A stretch of 64,000 nt of DNA from an uncultured Actinomycetota bacterium (GCA_963760125.1 CAVXBV010000007.1:129613-193612); one strand, 5' to 3'. Counted from the first letter of the stretch, positions 30,314 to 41,220 are shown. The notes: generated by a model not told the origin, from the letters alone. Numbers and translations are program-made.

Positions 30314-33300
30314 GTGCTCGACAACGAGCCCAGCACCCCCGCCACGACCACCCCCGCCACGACGACCCCGCCACGACCACCCCGGGCGACGGGATCCCGC
30401 CGAGCGCGGTGGCCGCCGAGCCCAGCACGACCCCGGACGCTGTCACCGAGGCGCCGAAGAAGGCCGTGCGCCGCCGGGCCACGAAGGCCACCGCTGCGCC
30501 CAAGGCCGAGGCGACCGACGAGAGCGCCGCCGCCCCCGAGGCGCAGACGCCGGCTGCCGAGGCCGAGTCTCCGGCTGAGGACGCGGCGCCGAAGAAGGCC
30601 GCGAAGAAGGCTCCCGCCAAGAAGGCAGCCCCGCGCAAGCGGGCGGCCGCCAAGCCCGACAGCCCCACCGACAGCCCCACCGACAGCCCCACCGACAGCC
30701 CCACCGGCAGCCCTGCCGACAGCACGGACGTCGCTGCCGAGGACGAGGACGCCGCCGACCCGGGCCGAGCGACCGAGGCACCCGACGCGTCCCCCACGGA
30801 CATGCCCTCGGACACGCCCTCGGACCCGCCCGCCGACGCGACCGCCGGGTACGGCGACGAGGCCACCCCCCGCCGCCGTACCCGCGCCCCGGCCGTCGTC
30901 CTGACCTTCCAGCCGCCCGTCCCGACCGAGGACGCTCCCGCCCCGCGCCAGCGCCGTCGTGCCGGCACCGCCGGCGCGGTGAACCCGGCCGACGTCGTGA
31001 GCACCCAGGCCGCCGACGAGCAGGCCAAGGACGCCACCGCCGACGAGGACACCGAGGACGACGACACCGAGGGCGGTGCCCGCCCCCGCCGCCGTCGCGG
31101 CCGTCGTGGTCGGGGTGGTTCGGGCACCCGGACGGCCCAGGGCACAGACGACGCCGACGAGGACGACGACACCACCGGTGACAGCGCGGACAGCCCCGGC
31201 ACCCGCTCCAGCGGATCCCCCCGCAAGGCCGCCGGCACGAGCGCCGACGCCAGCGAGGACGACGAGGACGAGGACGACGAGGACGGTCCCGCGGGCACCG
31301 GCACGCGTCGCCGTCGGCGGCGCCGCCGCAGTGGCGGAGGCGGCGGAGGCGGCGGTCAGAGCGGCGACGGCGACAACGACGCCGACGGCGATGTCCCGAC
31401 CGTCGTGCACGTCCGCGAGCCAGGCTCCCGCAGCTCCGGCAGTGGCGGCGGTGGCAGCCGCAACCGCAGCAGCCGCGACCGCGACGGCGGCGGCGCCGCT
31501 GACGAGGACGGCGTGCGCGGCATCAGCGGCAGCACCCGTATGGCCGCCAAGCGCGTCCGGCGCCAGGAGGGTCGCGACAGCGGCCGCAAGCGCGCCCCCA
31601 TCGTGTCCGAGGCAGAGTTCCTCGCTCGCCGCGAGGCCGTCGAGCGCCAGATGGTCGTCCGTCAGAAGGGCGACCGCACCCAGATCGCGGTCCTCGAGGA
31701 CGGCATCCTGGTCGAGCACTACGTCACGAAGGCCAGCGCCACGTCGTACGCCGGGAACGTCTACCTCGGGCGCGTGCAGAACGTCCTGCCGAGCATGGAG
31801 GCGGCGTTCGTCGACATCGGCAAGGGCCGCAACGCCGTGCTGTACGCCGGCGAGGTCAACTGGGAGGGCGTGTCGGGCGGCTCGCGCAAGATCGAGCAGG
31901 CGCTGAAGTCCGGCCAGGAGGTCCTGGTCCAGGTCAGCAAGGACCCGATCGGCCACAAGGGCGCCCGCCTCACCAGCCAGATCAGCCTGCCCGGCCGCTA
32001 CCTGGTCTACGTGCCCGAGAGCTCGATGACCGGGATCAGCCGCAAGCTGCCCGAGACCGAGCGCACCCGGCTGAAGAACATCCTCAAGAACGTCGTCCCG
32101 GACGGCGCCGGCGTGATCATCCGCACGGCCGCCGAGGGGGTGTCGGAGGAGGAGATCGCCAAGGACGTCCGCCGGCTGCAGGCGCAGTGGGAGGTCATCC
32201 AGAGCAAGACCTCGCAGGGTGGCGCGCCCAAGCAGCTGCACGCCGAGCCCGACCTGGTCATCAAGGTCGTCCGCGACATCTTCAACGAGGACTTCACGAG
32301 CCTGGTGGTCCAGGGCGACTCCGAGTGGGACACCATCCGTGAGTACGTCGAGTTCGTGGCCCCCGACCTCGCGCCGCGCCTGAGCCGCTTCGCCGGCAAC
32401 GGTGACGTGTTCAGCGAGCACCGGGTGGACGAGCAGCTGCTTAAGGCGCTCGACCGCAAGGTGCACCTGCCCTCGGGCGGCTCGCTGGTCATCGACCGCA
32501 CCGAGGCGATGGTCGTCGTCGACGTCAACACCGGCAAGTACGTCGGCAAGGGCGGCAACCTCGAGGAGACGGTCACCCGCAACAACCTCGAGGCCGCGGA
32601 GGAGATCGCCCGCCAGCTGCGCCTGCGCGACCTCGGCGGCATCATCGTCGTCGACTTCATCGACATGGTCCTCGAGAGCAACCGCGACCTCGTGGTCCGT
32701 CGACTGGTCGAGTGCCTCGGTCGTGACCGCACCAAGCACCAGGTCGCCGAGGTCACCTCGCTGGGCCTGGTCCAGATGACTCGCAAGCGGGTGGGTCAGG
32801 GTCTGCTCGAGAGCTTCAGCGAGACCTGCGAGTCCTGCAACGGCCGCGGCGTGAAGGTCCACCTCGACCCGGTCGACCCCAAGCCGCACCGCGACGACCG
32901 TGACCGCGCCCCGCGGGTCGGTCCGAAGCCGCCCCTGCCGGCAGGCGCTCCCGCGCCGGCCGAGAACAAGGAGCCGGCTGAGGGCGGTGGCTCGCGCAAC
33001 CGCCGTCGCCGCGGAGGCCGTGGGCAGGGCGCCGGATCGCTGCCGCTCGAGAGCACCGTCGACCCGTCGAACGAGCTCGCCGAGATCCTCGACGCCGGCA
33101 AGGCGCTCGCCGCGCAGACCCCCGTGGCCGACGCCGTCGAGCAGGCGACGCCCGTCGTGGCTGTCCCGGCGCCGGTCGAGGTCGAGATCGCGGCGGACGT
33201 CCCCGTCGCCGATGCGGTCGAGCAGGCCACCGAGGTCGTGCTCGAGCCCGAAGCGGTGCCCGTGCTGCAGGACCCGCCCGTCGAGGAGCCCGACCTGGTC

Positions 33301-33399
33301 GCGACGCCTGTGAGTGACGCGCCTGCCGAGCCGGCTGCGGAGCCGGTGAAGAAGCGCCGCCGCGCCGCCAGCCGCCCGGCCGGCAGTCCCACCGACTGA
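30314..33399 (+). CDS. rne: ribonuclease E/G family protein (RNase E) with an apparent 1-nt frame break near 30366-30370
   Basis: S1 domain GNVYLGRVQNVLPSMEAAFVDIG, catalytic core VVVDFIDM, Zn-link CESCNGRG, and long Arg/Asp/Pro-rich disordered N- and C-terminal regions. The catalytic frame is open from 30028, but its first in-frame start after the upstream gene is GTG 30409. GC3 and a GGAG Shine-Dalgarno support an upstream start at GTG 30314 in another frame (see finding). Confidence 0.85.
30341..30384 (+). repeat. 15-bp tandem repeat x3 (encodes ATTTP); the middle unit is 1 nt short
   Basis: The units are gccacgaccaccccc, gccacgacgacccc and gccacgaccaccccg. The second unit has a C4 run where C5 would keep the frame. 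Confidence 0.7.
30658..30717 (+). repeat. 12-bp in-frame tandem repeat x4, plus one degenerate unit (DSPT repeats) in the rne N-terminal region
   Basis: gacagccccacc is repeated perfectly 4 times (30658-30705), followed by ggcagccctgcc. Confidence 0.8.
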
Positions 33400-33406
33400 C
33401 GCGCGC

Positions 33407-33436
33407 TTGAGGGCCGGGCGACCGGTCCGGTAGAGT
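33407..33436 (+). promoter_or_regulatory. possible sigma-70-type promoter for rplU-rpmA
   Basis: TTGAGG (33407-33412), 18 nt, then TAGAGT (33431-33436), about 85 nt upstream of the rplU start. Pattern match only. Confidence 0.3.
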
Positions 33437-33521
33437 CTGCAGGTCCCGCGTGCGCGCGAGACCGCCCTGCGCCGCCCTCCATGGGCCGGCCAGGTCCCAC
33501 CTCCGTTCGAAGGGCTCCTCC

Positions 33522-33836
33522 GTGTACGCCATCGTCAAGACCGGCGGCAAGCAGTACAAGGTCGCTGTCGGCGACACCGTCGAGATCGAGAAGCTCGCCG
33601 GTGCAGCCGGTGCGAGCATCACGCTCCCGGCGCTCCTCGTCGTCGACGGCACCGACGTCACCAGCGACGCCAAGGCGCTCGCCGGCGTCACGGTGTCCGC
33701 CGAGGTGCTCGCCCAGACCAAGGGCCCCAAGATCAGCATCATGAAGTACAAGAACAAGACCGGCTACAAGAAGCGCATGGGTCACCGCCAGCAGCTGACC
33801 CAGGTGCGCGTCACCGACATCACCGTGAAGGGCTGA
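33522..33836 (+). CDS. rplU: 50S ribosomal protein L21
   Basis: [14 protein letters not shown]...[16 protein letters not shown]. The GTG start is at 33522. Confidence 0.95.
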   Translation: MYAIVKTGGKQYKVAVGDTVEIEKLAGAAGASITLPALLVVDGTDVTSDAKALAGVTVSAEVLAQTKGPKISIMKYKNKTGYKKRMGHRQQLTQVRVTDITVKG

Positions 33837-33840
33837 CGAG

Positions 33841-34095
33841 ATGGCTCACAAGAAGGGTGCATCGAGCTCCCGTAACGGCCGCGACAGCAACGCGCAGTAC
33901 CTCGGCGTGAAGCGCTTCGGTGGCCAGGTCGTCAAGGCCGGCGAGATCATCGTCCGCCAGCGCGGCACCCACTTCCACCCGGGTGACAACGTCGGTCGCG
34001 GTGGCGACGACACGCTGTTCGCGCTGGAGCCCGGCGCCGTCGAGTTCGGCCGCAAGCGCAACCGCAAGGTCGTCAGCATCGTGCCGGTCGGCTAG
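33841..34095 (+). CDS. rpmA: 50S ribosomal protein L27
   Basis: [29 protein letters not shown] is the canonical L27 N-terminus. Confidence 0.97.
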   Translation: MAHKKGASSSRNGRDSNAQYLGVKRFGGQVVKAGEIIVRQRGTHFHPGDNVGRGGDDTLFALEPGAVEFGRKRNRKVVSIVPVG

Positions 34096-34117
34096 AGCAC
34101 ACACCAAGCATCCGAGA

Positions 34118-34151
34118 GGGCGGGCCGGGATTCCGGTCCGCCCTTCTCGTT
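34118..34151 (+). terminator. intrinsic terminator/attenuator after rpmA
   Basis: 11-bp stem GGGCGGGCCGG / CCGGTCCGCCC (one G-U pair) with a GATT loop, followed by TTCTCGTT. It lies between rpmA and obg. Confidence 0.6.
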
Positions 34152-34165
34152 GAGAGGACCTCGCT

Positions 34166-35605
34166 GTGACCACGTTCGTCGATCGCGTCGTGCTGCACGT
34201 CGCTGCCGGCGACGGCGGCCACGGCTGCGCCTCTGTCCGTCGGGAGAAGTTCAAGCCACTCGGTGGCCCCGATGGCGCCGACGGTGGGCACGGCGGAGAC
34301 GTCGTCCTCGTCGTCGACCACAACGTCACGACGCTGCTGGACTACCACTTCCACCCGCACCAGAAGGCGACCTCGGGCAAGGCCGGCGGCGGCGACATGC
34401 GGACCGGCGCCCAGGGCCACACCCTGGAGCTGCCGGTCCCCAACGGCACCGTCGTGCTCGGCCCGGACGGAGAGGTCCTCGCTGACCTCGTCGGGGAGGG
34501 CACCCGCTACATCGTGGCGCGCGGGGGCCGCGGGGGGCTCGGGAACGCCGCGCTCGCCTCGGTCAAGCGCAAGGCCCCCGGTTTCGCGCTGTTCGGTGAG
34601 CCCGGCGAGAGCGCCGACGTCGTGCTCGAGCTCAAGTCGGTCGCCGACGCCGCCCTCGTGGGCTTCCCGAGCGCCGGCAAGTCCAGCCTGATCGCCGCCC
34701 TGTCTTCGGCCCGGCCCAAGATCGCGGACTACCCGTTCACCACGCTGGTCCCGAACCTGGGCGTGGTGCAGTCGGCGGGCACCACCTTCACCATCGCCGA
34801 CGTCCCCGGGCTCATCCCCGGCGCTTCGCAGGGCAAGGGGCTGGGCCTGGAGTTCCTGCGCCACGTCGAGCGGTGCAGCGTGCTGGTCCACGTCCTGGAC
34901 TGCGGCACGCTCGACCCCGGCCGCGACCCGCTCACCGATCTCGACCTCATCGAGACCGAGCTCGAGCAGTACAAGACGTCGCTGTCCGACCGCCCGCGCC
35001 TGGTGGTCCTCAACAAGGCCGACCTGCCCGAGGGTCACGACCTCGCCGACATCGTCACGCCGGACCTCGAGGCGCGCGGCTACCGGGTCCTGACCGTGTC
35101 GGCGGTCTCGCGCCTGGGCCTGCAGGAGCTCACCTACGCCCTCGCCGACATCATCAAGGCCCACCGGGCGGCCCAGCCCGTCGAGGTGGCCACGCGCATC
35201 GTGCTGCGCCCCACGGCCGTCGACGACCTCGGCTTCACCGTCGACCTCGAGGACGACGTGTACGTCGTGCGCGGCGCGAAGCCCGAGCGCTGGATCCTGC
35301 AGACCGACTTCAACAACGAGGAGGCCACCGGCTACCTCGCGGACCGGCTCGCGCGCCTCGGGGTGGAGAAGAAGCTGGCCGAGATGGGCGCGCAGCCGGA
35401 CGACGCCGTACAGATCGGTGAGGTCGTCTTCGACTGGCAGCCCACGCTCATGGAGGAGTTCGCCTCCGGGATGCGCGGGGTCGACTCCCGTTTCGAGGAC
35501 CAGTCCCGGCCGCGGGCCGGTCAGCGCCGCATGGAGAAGGACATCCGCCGCGCCGAGCGCCTCGGCATTCACGTCGAGGTCCCCGACGAGGACGACGAGT
35601 CCTAG
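34166..35605 (+). CDS. obg: GTPase ObgE/CgtA
   Basis: Obg fold [17 protein letters not shown]1 motif [11 protein letters not shown] and a C-terminal TIGR03595-like domain. Confidence 0.95.
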   Translation: MTTFVDRVVLHVAAGDGGHGCASVRREKFKPLGGPDGADGGHGGDVVLVVDHNVTTLLDYHFHPHQKATSGKAGGGDMRTGAQGHTLELPVPNGTVVLGPDGEVLADLVGEGTRYIVARGGRGGLGNAALASVKRKAPGFALFGEPGESADVVLELKSVADAALVGFPSAGKSSLIAALSSARPKIADYPFTTLVPNLGVVQSAGTTFTIADVPGLIPGASQGKGLGLEFLRHVERCSVLVHVLDCGTLDPGRDPLTDLDLIETELEQYKTSLSDRPRLVVLNKADLPEGHDLADIVTPDLEARGYRVLTVSAVSRLGLQELTYALADIIKAHRAAQPVEVATRIVLRPTAVDDLGFTVDLEDDVYVVRGAKPERWILQTDFNNEEATGYLADRLARLGVEKKLAEMGAQPDDAVQIGEVVFDWQPTLMEEFASGMRGVDSRFEDQSRPRAGQRRMEKDIRRAERLGIHVEVPDEDDES

Positions 35606-35614
35606 GCTCCTGCC

Positions 35615-36694
35615 GTGATCGCTGACCGCTCGACCGTGGCGCAGGCGCGCCGCATCGTCGTCAAGGTCGGCTCGTCCTCCCTGACCACCGCCTCGGGCGG
35701 TCTGGACTTGGCCCGCCTCGACGCCCTCGTGTCGTCGCTCGCGGACCGGCCTGGGCTGGTCCTGGTGTCCAGCGGGGCCATCGCCGCAGGGCTCGCCCCC
35801 CTGGGGCTGGCCAAGCGCCCCCGCGACCTCGCCACCCAGCAGGCTGCCGCCTCCGTCGGGCAGGCCGAGCTCATCCACGCCTACTCGTTGTCGTTCGCGC
35901 GGCACGGCCGCACGGTGGGTCAGGTCCTCCTGACGGCCGACGACGTCGTACGCCGGGCGCACTACCGCAACGCGCAGACCACGCTGGACCGGCTGCTCGC
36001 CCTCGGCGTGACGCCGGTCGTCAACGAGAACGACGCCGTGGCCACCGACGAGATCCGCTTCGGCGACAACGACCGGCTCGCGGCGCTGGTCGCCCACCTG
36101 GTCCGGGCCGACGCCCTGGTGCTGCTGTCGGACGTCGACGGGCTGTACGACGGGGACCCACGCCGTAGCGGCTCACAGCTGCTCACCGAGGTGCGGTCCG
36201 CCGCCGATCTCGACGGCGTGTCCGTGACCGGCACCGGCTCGGGGCTCGGGACCGGTGGGATGGCCTCGAAAGTGGACGCCGCGCGCGTCGCGACCTCCGC
36301 CGGGATCCCGGTGCTGCTCGGGGGGGCGGCCCGCGTGCTGGACCTGCTGGCGGGGGAGGGCGGCACCTTCTTCGCCCCGACCGGCTCGCGCATGTCCGCG
36401 CGCCTGCTCTGGCTGGCCCACGCCTCCACGCCGCGTGGCCGGTTGATCCTCGACGCGGGCGCGGTGGCGGCGGTCTGCGAGCGCCGCCTGTCCCTGCTCC
36501 CCGCCGGCATCACGTCGATCGAGGGCGAGTTCGTGGCGGGGGACCCGGTGGAGCTCCTCGGCCCCACCGGCATCCTCGTCGCGCGGGGCCTGGTCGGGTA
36601 CGACGCTGCCGAGCTGCCAGGGCTGCTTGGCCGCTCGACGCGCGAGACCGGTCGGCGCGAGGTCGTCCACCGCGACGACCTCGTCCTCGTCTAG
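35615..36694 (+). CDS. proB: glutamate 5-kinase
   Basis: RIVVKVGSSSLT, NENDAVATDEIRFGDND and a C-terminal PUA domain. Confidence 0.95.
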   Translation: MIADRSTVAQARRIVVKVGSSSLTTASGGLDLARLDALVSSLADRPGLVLVSSGAIAAGLAPLGLAKRPRDLATQQAAASVGQAELIHAYSLSFARHGRTVGQVLLTADDVVRRAHYRNAQTTLDRLLALGVTPVVNENDAVATDEIRFGDNDRLAALVAHLVRADALVLLSDVDGLYDGDPRRSGSQLLTEVRSAADLDGVSVTGTGSGLGTGGMASKVDAARVATSAGIPVLLGGAARVLDLLAGEGGTFFAPTGSRMSARLLWLAHASTPRGRLILDAGAVAAVCERRLSLLPAGITSIEGEFVAGDPVELLGPTGILVARGLVGYDAAELPGLLGRSTRETGRREVVHRDDLVLV

Positions 36695-36757
36695 CCACCC
36701 CCGTCCTCGCCTAACGTCCGAGCGAGGGAGGGCCGCCGCGGTCGTACGCTGAGGCGC

Positions 36758-38005
36758 ATGACGACCTCCCCGGTGCTGGACGCCGCCCGCCGCGCCAAGA
36801 CCGCCGCGGCGGCGCTGGCCCCGCTGAACCGGAGCACCAAGGACGCTGCCCTGCACGCGATGGCGGACGCCCTGGTCGCCCAGACCTCGCGCATCCTGGC
36901 GGCCAACGCCCTCGACGTCGACGCCGGCCGCGACGCCGGGACCAGCGACGCGATGCTCGACCGGCTGGCGCTCACGGAGGGCCGGGTCGCGGCGATGGCC
37001 GACGGTCTGCGGCACGTGGCCGGCCTGCCCGACCCGGTCGGTGAGGTGATGCGCGGCTCGACGCTCCCCAACGGGCTCGAGCTCCGCCAGGTGCGGGTGC
37101 CGCTCGGGGTCGTCGGCATCGTCTACGAGGCACGCCCCAACGTCACGGCGGACGCAGCCGGCCTCTGCGTGAAGAGCGGCAACGCCGTACTGCTGCGGGG
37201 TTCTGCCTCGGCGTACCGCTCCAACACGGTCATCGTGGAGGTGCTGTCCGGCGCGGCGACGATGCTGCCTGAGCACACGGTCCAGCTCGTTCCCGGGACG
37301 GACCGCTCCTCGGTCCAGGAGCTCATGACGGCCCGTGGGCTGGTCGACGTGCTCATCCCGCGCGGTGGCGCGTCCCTCATCGCCTCGGTGGTCGAGGGGG
37401 CGACGGTGCCCGTCATCGAGACCGGGGTCGGCAACTGCACGGTGTACGTCGACGCGTCGGCCGACCTGGAGAAGGCCGTCGCGATCGTGGTGGACGGCAA
37501 GACGACCCGCCCGTCGGTGTGCAACGCCACCGAGACCCTGCTCGTGCACGCCTCGGTCGCCGAGGCGTTCCTCCCGCTGGTTGTGAAGGCCCTGCAGGAC
37601 AAGGGGGTCACGCTGCACGCCGACGACCGGGCGCGAGCCTACGACCCGTCCTCGGTCGCCGTCACCGATGAGGACTGGGCCGCGGAGTACCTGTCCCTCG
37701 ACCTCGCGGTCGGCGTCGTGGACTCGTTGGAGGACGCGGTGGCGCACATCCGCCGCTGGGGGAGCGGCCACACCGAGGCCATCGTGACGCGGGACGTCGA
37801 CGAGGCGCGTCGGTTCGTGAGGTCGCTCGACAGCGCGGCCGTGATGATCAACGCTTCGACCCGCTTCACCGACGGCGGCGAGTTCGGCTTCGGGGCCGAG
37901 ATCGGGATCTCCACGCAGAAGCTGCACGCCCGCGGACCGATGGGACTGCCGGAGCTGACCAGCACGACGTACGTCGTGACCGGCGACGGGCACGTCCGCG
38001 GCTGA
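36758..38005 (+). CDS. proA: glutamate-5-semialdehyde dehydrogenase
   Basis: [14 protein letters not shown], catalytic Cys in [13 protein letters not shown], and [13 protein letters not shown]. Confidence 0.95.
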   Translation: MTTSPVLDAARRAKTAAAALAPLNRSTKDAALHAMADALVAQTSRILAANALDVDAGRDAGTSDAMLDRLALTEGRVAAMADGLRHVAGLPDPVGEVMRGSTLPNGLELRQVRVPLGVVGIVYEARPNVTADAAGLCVKSGNAVLLRGSASAYRSNTVIVEVLSGAATMLPEHTVQLVPGTDRSSVQELMTARGLVDVLIPRGGASLIASVVEGATVPVIETGVGNCTVYVDASADLEKAVAIVVDGKTTRPSVCNATETLLVHASVAEAFLPLVVKALQDKGVTLHADDRARAYDPSSVAVTDEDWAAEYLSLDLAVGVVDSLEDAVAHIRRWGSGHTEAIVTRDVDEARRFVRSLDSAAVMINASTRFTDGGEFGFGAEIGISTQKLHARGPMGLPELTSTTYVVTGDGHVRG

Positions 38006-38131
38006 TCCCGCAGGACCTCGCTGCCTCCCGTGCGTCCTCAGGAGTCAGGGGGCGCCGAGCGTGCAGGTGATGACGTCCGGGAGGTGAGGGGACGGCGGGA
38101 ACTCCTCGGGCGGGTGGGTCGTCGGACGAGG

Positions 38132-38503
38132 GTGATCTCCCTCAACCGACGACAGGTCCTCGCCGTGGGCGGCCTGGCCGGCGCCACGGCGTGCAGCGGT
38201 GGCGGCCGCAAGGCCCTTCCGCCCCCGGGCGCTGAGCTCGCGCAGCTCGCGGACCTCCCCCTGAACGAGCTGGTCGTCCGCGACAAGGTGGTGCTGCGGC
38301 GCGTCTCGGACACCGAGGTGACGGCCTTCACGGCGGTGTGCACGCACACGGGGTGCACGGTCGGGGCCTCGGGTCAGGCGCTGGTGTGCCCCTGCCACGG
38401 CAGTGAGTTCGACCAGACAGGCGCGGTGACGCAGGGCCCGGCCCAGGAGGCCCTGGCGCCGGTCGCCGTGGTCGTGGTCGACGGCGTGGTCCGCACGGCC
38501 TGA
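38132..38503 (+). CDS. Rieske (2Fe-2S) domain protein, probable Tat-exported lipoprotein
   Basis: Rieske motifs CTHTGCTV and CPCHGSEF. With the GTG 38132 start, the N-terminus is NRRQVLAVGGLAGATAC (twin-Arg plus lipobox-like Cys). Confidence 0.75.
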   Translation: MISLNRRQVLAVGGLAGATACSGGGRKALPPPGAELAQLADLPLNELVVRDKVVLRRVSDTEVTAFTAVCTHTGCTVGASGQALVCPCHGSEFDQTGAVTQGPAQEALAPVAVVVVDGVVRTA

Positions 38504-38517
38504 GCCGCCGGGGGTGC

Positions 38518-39384
38518 TCAGTGGCCGCTGGCGGCGCCCTCCTCGGCGAGGTGGCCGGTGAGGGCGGCGTAGTCCTCGCCGCTGTGCCCGGCAGCCAGCG
38601 CGCGCTTGGCCTGGTCCAGGCAGGCTCGGGTCACCTCGAGGTCGCTGTCCGCCGACGTCACCGCGAGGTCGAGGTCCTTGGCCATGAGGTCGAGCGAGAA
38701 GGTGGTCGCGCTGTAGTCACCGCTCTGGACCATCGGCGCCTTCTGGCCGAGATACCACCCGTAGGCGGTCTGCCCCAGGACCCCGAGCAGCAGGTCGCGG
38801 TCGAGCCCGAGGTCGTGGCCGAGTCGCAGTGACTCCCCGACGCCGGCGGCCATCACACCGAGCCCTTGGTTGACGCAGAGCTTCAGGCCGCTGGCCGACC
38901 CGACGCCGCCCACGTGCAGGACCCGGTCCGGGTCGCCCCAGAGCTCGGCAAGCGGGCGGGCCACCGCCACGTCGTCCGACGCCCCGCCGAGGAAGACGCC
39001 CAGGGTCCCCTCGGCGGCGGGCTTCAGCGACCCGGCGATCGGCGCATCGACGTACCGCAACCCACCGGCGGCGCAGGCCGTGCCGAACTCGTGCGCGGCG
39101 GCTGGCCCGATCGTCGTGGCGTCCAGCACGAGGGCGCCCGGTGCTCCCGCGATGACGTCGGCCAGCACCGCGCGCACCGAGTCCGGGCCGAAGAGCACCA
39201 GAACCACCACGTCGGCGCCCTGGACCGCAGCCGTGACGGACGTGGCCTCGCGGGCACCCAGGTCGACGAGGTCACCGGCCTTGCCGGACGTGCGGTTCCA
39301 GACCGTGAGGTCGTGCCCGGACCGCGCGACGTGCGCGGCCATGAGCGAGCCGATGCGACCGAGTCCGAGCCAGGCGACCTTCAT
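38518..39384 (-). CDS. NAD(P)-dependent oxidoreductase (3-hydroxyisobutyrate / 6-phosphogluconate dehydrogenase-like)
   Basis: N-terminal Rossmann motif MKVAWLGLGRIGSLMA, and a fold-typical GGASDDV...GSASGLKLCVN segment. Confidence 0.8.
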   Translation of the reverse strand: MKVAWLGLGRIGSLMAAHVARSGHDLTVWNRTSGKAGDLVDLGAREATSVTAAVQGADVVVLVLFGPDSVRAVLADVIAGAPGALVLDATTIGPAAAHEFGTACAAGGLRYVDAPIAGSLKPAAEGTLGVFLGGASDDVAVARPLAELWGDPDRVLHVGGVGSASGLKLCVNQGLGVMAAGVGESLRLGHDLGLDRDLLLGVLGQTAYGWYLGQKAPMVQSGDYSATTFSLDLMAKDLDLAVTSADSDLEVTRACLDQAKRALAAGHSGEDYAALTGHLAEEGAASGH

Positions 39385-39412
39385 GGTGGCGACCCTAGCC
39401 CCGCACCGCTGG

Positions 39413-40183
39413 TCAGCCGCCGGTGAGGTTCAGCAGGCCGAAGGTGGAGCCGTGCGGGTCCTGCACGACCGCGAACGTGCCCCCGCCGAACTCCATGAAC
39501 GGCACCATCACCGTCGCGCCCAGGGCCGCAGCCTGCTCAGCCTTCGCCTTCGGGTCCGAGGCGGCGAAGTAGGGCATCCAGTACGACGGGACCTCGGCCG
39601 GCACGGCCTCGGGCATGTCCATGCACCCGGCCACCGACCTGTCCCCGACCCGGAACTCGGTGTAGTCCGGCGAGACCTGCGTGCCCCAGCCGAACACGGA
39701 GGCGTAGAAGGGCAGGATCGCGGTCTGGTCACGGGTGGCGGTCTCGGTCCACGTGAAGGTGCCCTCCTCGTGGACGACCTGCGCGCCAGTCATCGTGCCG
39801 GGCTGCCAGATGCCGATGGCCGCGCCCGCGGGGTCGGCGAAAACGGCCATCCGGCCGAGGTCGGCGATGTCCATGGGCGGGACGAGCACCACGCCTCCGC
39901 CGTCGGTGACCAGGGCGGCGGTCTTGTCGGCGTCGTCCGTGGCGACGTAGCAGGTCCACACGGGCGGCTGCTCGGCAGACATCAGGGGGGCCGCGCCGCA
40001 CACGCTCCGCCCGTCCGAGAAGAACATGCCGTAGCCGCCGAACTCCTCGGCGCCGCCGCCCCAGGTCCAGCCGAACAGGCCGGTGTAAAAGCCGATCGTG
40101 CGGTCCATGTCGGGCGTGCCGAGGTCGAGCCAGAGCGGCTCGCCGGGGGAGAAGCTGGTGGTGTCAGTCATGTGGGGCTCCAA
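39413..40183 (-). CDS. VOC (glyoxalase/bleomycin-resistance) family protein, two-domain
   Basis: Two repeats of the VOC pattern (FYTGLFGWTW... and FYASVFGWG...) and a terminal FAVVQDPHGSTFGL. Confidence 0.75.
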   Translation of the reverse strand: MEPHMTDTTSFSPGEPLWLDLGTPDMDRTIGFYTGLFGWTWGGGAEEFGGYGMFFSDGRSVCGAAPLMSAEQPPVWTCYVATDDADKTAALVTDGGGVVLVPPMDIADLGRMAVFADPAGAAIGIWQPGTMTGAQVVHEEGTFTWTETATRDQTAILPFYASVFGWGTQVSPDYTEFRVGDRSVAGCMDMPEAVPAEVPSYWMPYFAASDPKAKAEQAAALGATVMVPFMEFGGGTFAVVQDPHGSTFGLLNLTGG

Positions 40184-40307
40184 GGGGTGAGGGTCTGCAC
40201 GGGTGACGTCCGCGGACGGTAGACCTCATCGGTGACAGTCCCCCTGTCGCCGCCGTGATCCGAAGGTAGGACAGAATGGCGCTCGGTACCCCACTTGAGG
40301 AGAGCTC

Positions 40308-41174
40308 GTGCTGCAGCCCCAGTTCGCGTCCGTCGACGACGTCCAGCAGCGCTTGGGGGCTGCGGGCTACCTCACCGACCACGCGATCGCGACGACCGTC
40401 TTCCTCGCCGACCGGCTCGGCAAGCCGCTCCTCATCGAGGGCCCGGCAGGAGTGGGCAAGACCGAGCTCGCCAAGTCGGTGGCCACTGCGACGAACAGCG
40501 AGCTGATCCGCCTCCAGTGCTACGAAGGCCTCGACGAGGCCCGGGCGCTGTACGAGTGGAACTACAAGAAGCAGCTGCTGCGCATCCAGGCGAGCAAGGA
40601 CGACGACAGCTGGGACGAGATCCACGACGACGTGTTCGCCGAGGAGTTCCTCATGAGCAGGCCGCTGCTCACGGCGATCCGCAACCCGAACCCGACGGTC
40701 CTGCTCATCGACGAGACCGACAAGGCGGACGTCGAGGTCGAGGGCCTGCTGCTCGAGGTGCTGAGCGACTTCCAGGTGACGATCCCCGAGCTCGGCACCA
40801 TCGTCGCGACGCGCCGCCCGTTGGTGTTCCTGACCTCCAACGCCACGCGTGAGCTGTCCGAGGCACTGAAGCGACGCTGCCTCTACCTGCACCTCGACTA
40901 CCCGGCGGCGGACCGCGAGAAGGCCATCGTGCTCAGCCGCGTGCCGGAGGTCGCCGAGCAGCTCGCCGACTCCCTGGTCCGCACGGTGCGCGCTCTTCGC
41001 GCGCTGGAGCTGAAGAAGTCGCCGAGCATCGCGGAGACGATCGACTGGGCGCAGACCCTCGTGGCCCTCGGGCTCAACACCCTGGACGAGGAGGCCGTAC
41101 GCAGCACGCTCGGCGTCGTCCTCAAGCACGCCAGCGACCACACGCGGGCCATCGAGCAGCTGAAGCTGAACTGA
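40308..41174 (+). CDS. MoxR-like AAA+ ATPase (CoxD-like)
   Basis: Walker A GPAGVGKTELAK, Walker B VLLIDETDKA, and a size and layout typical of MoxR/CoxD. Confidence 0.85.
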   Translation: MLQPQFASVDDVQQRLGAAGYLTDHAIATTVFLADRLGKPLLIEGPAGVGKTELAKSVATATNSELIRLQCYEGLDEARALYEWNYKKQLLRIQASKDDDSWDEIHDDVFAEEFLMSRPLLTAIRNPNPTVLLIDETDKADVEVEGLLLEVLSDFQVTIPELGTIVATRRPLVFLTSNATRELSEALKRRCLYLHLDYPAADREKAIVLSRVPEVAEQLADSLVRTVRALRALELKKSPSIAETIDWAQTLVALGLNTLDEEAVRSTLGVVLKHASDHTRAIEQLKLN

Positions 41175-41220
41175 TGAGCGCCGGAGCGAGGTCGCGCAGC
41201 GACCGAGGACAGAACCAGCC

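Noticed and set aside
33440-33521. Direct repeat CAGGTCCC(G/A)C occurring twice in the rplU 5' leader, possibly an r-protein autoregulatory structure
   Set aside because: The repeat is only 8-9 nt. I could draw no convincing conserved hairpin, and I know of no L21-leader-type motif for Actinomycetota.
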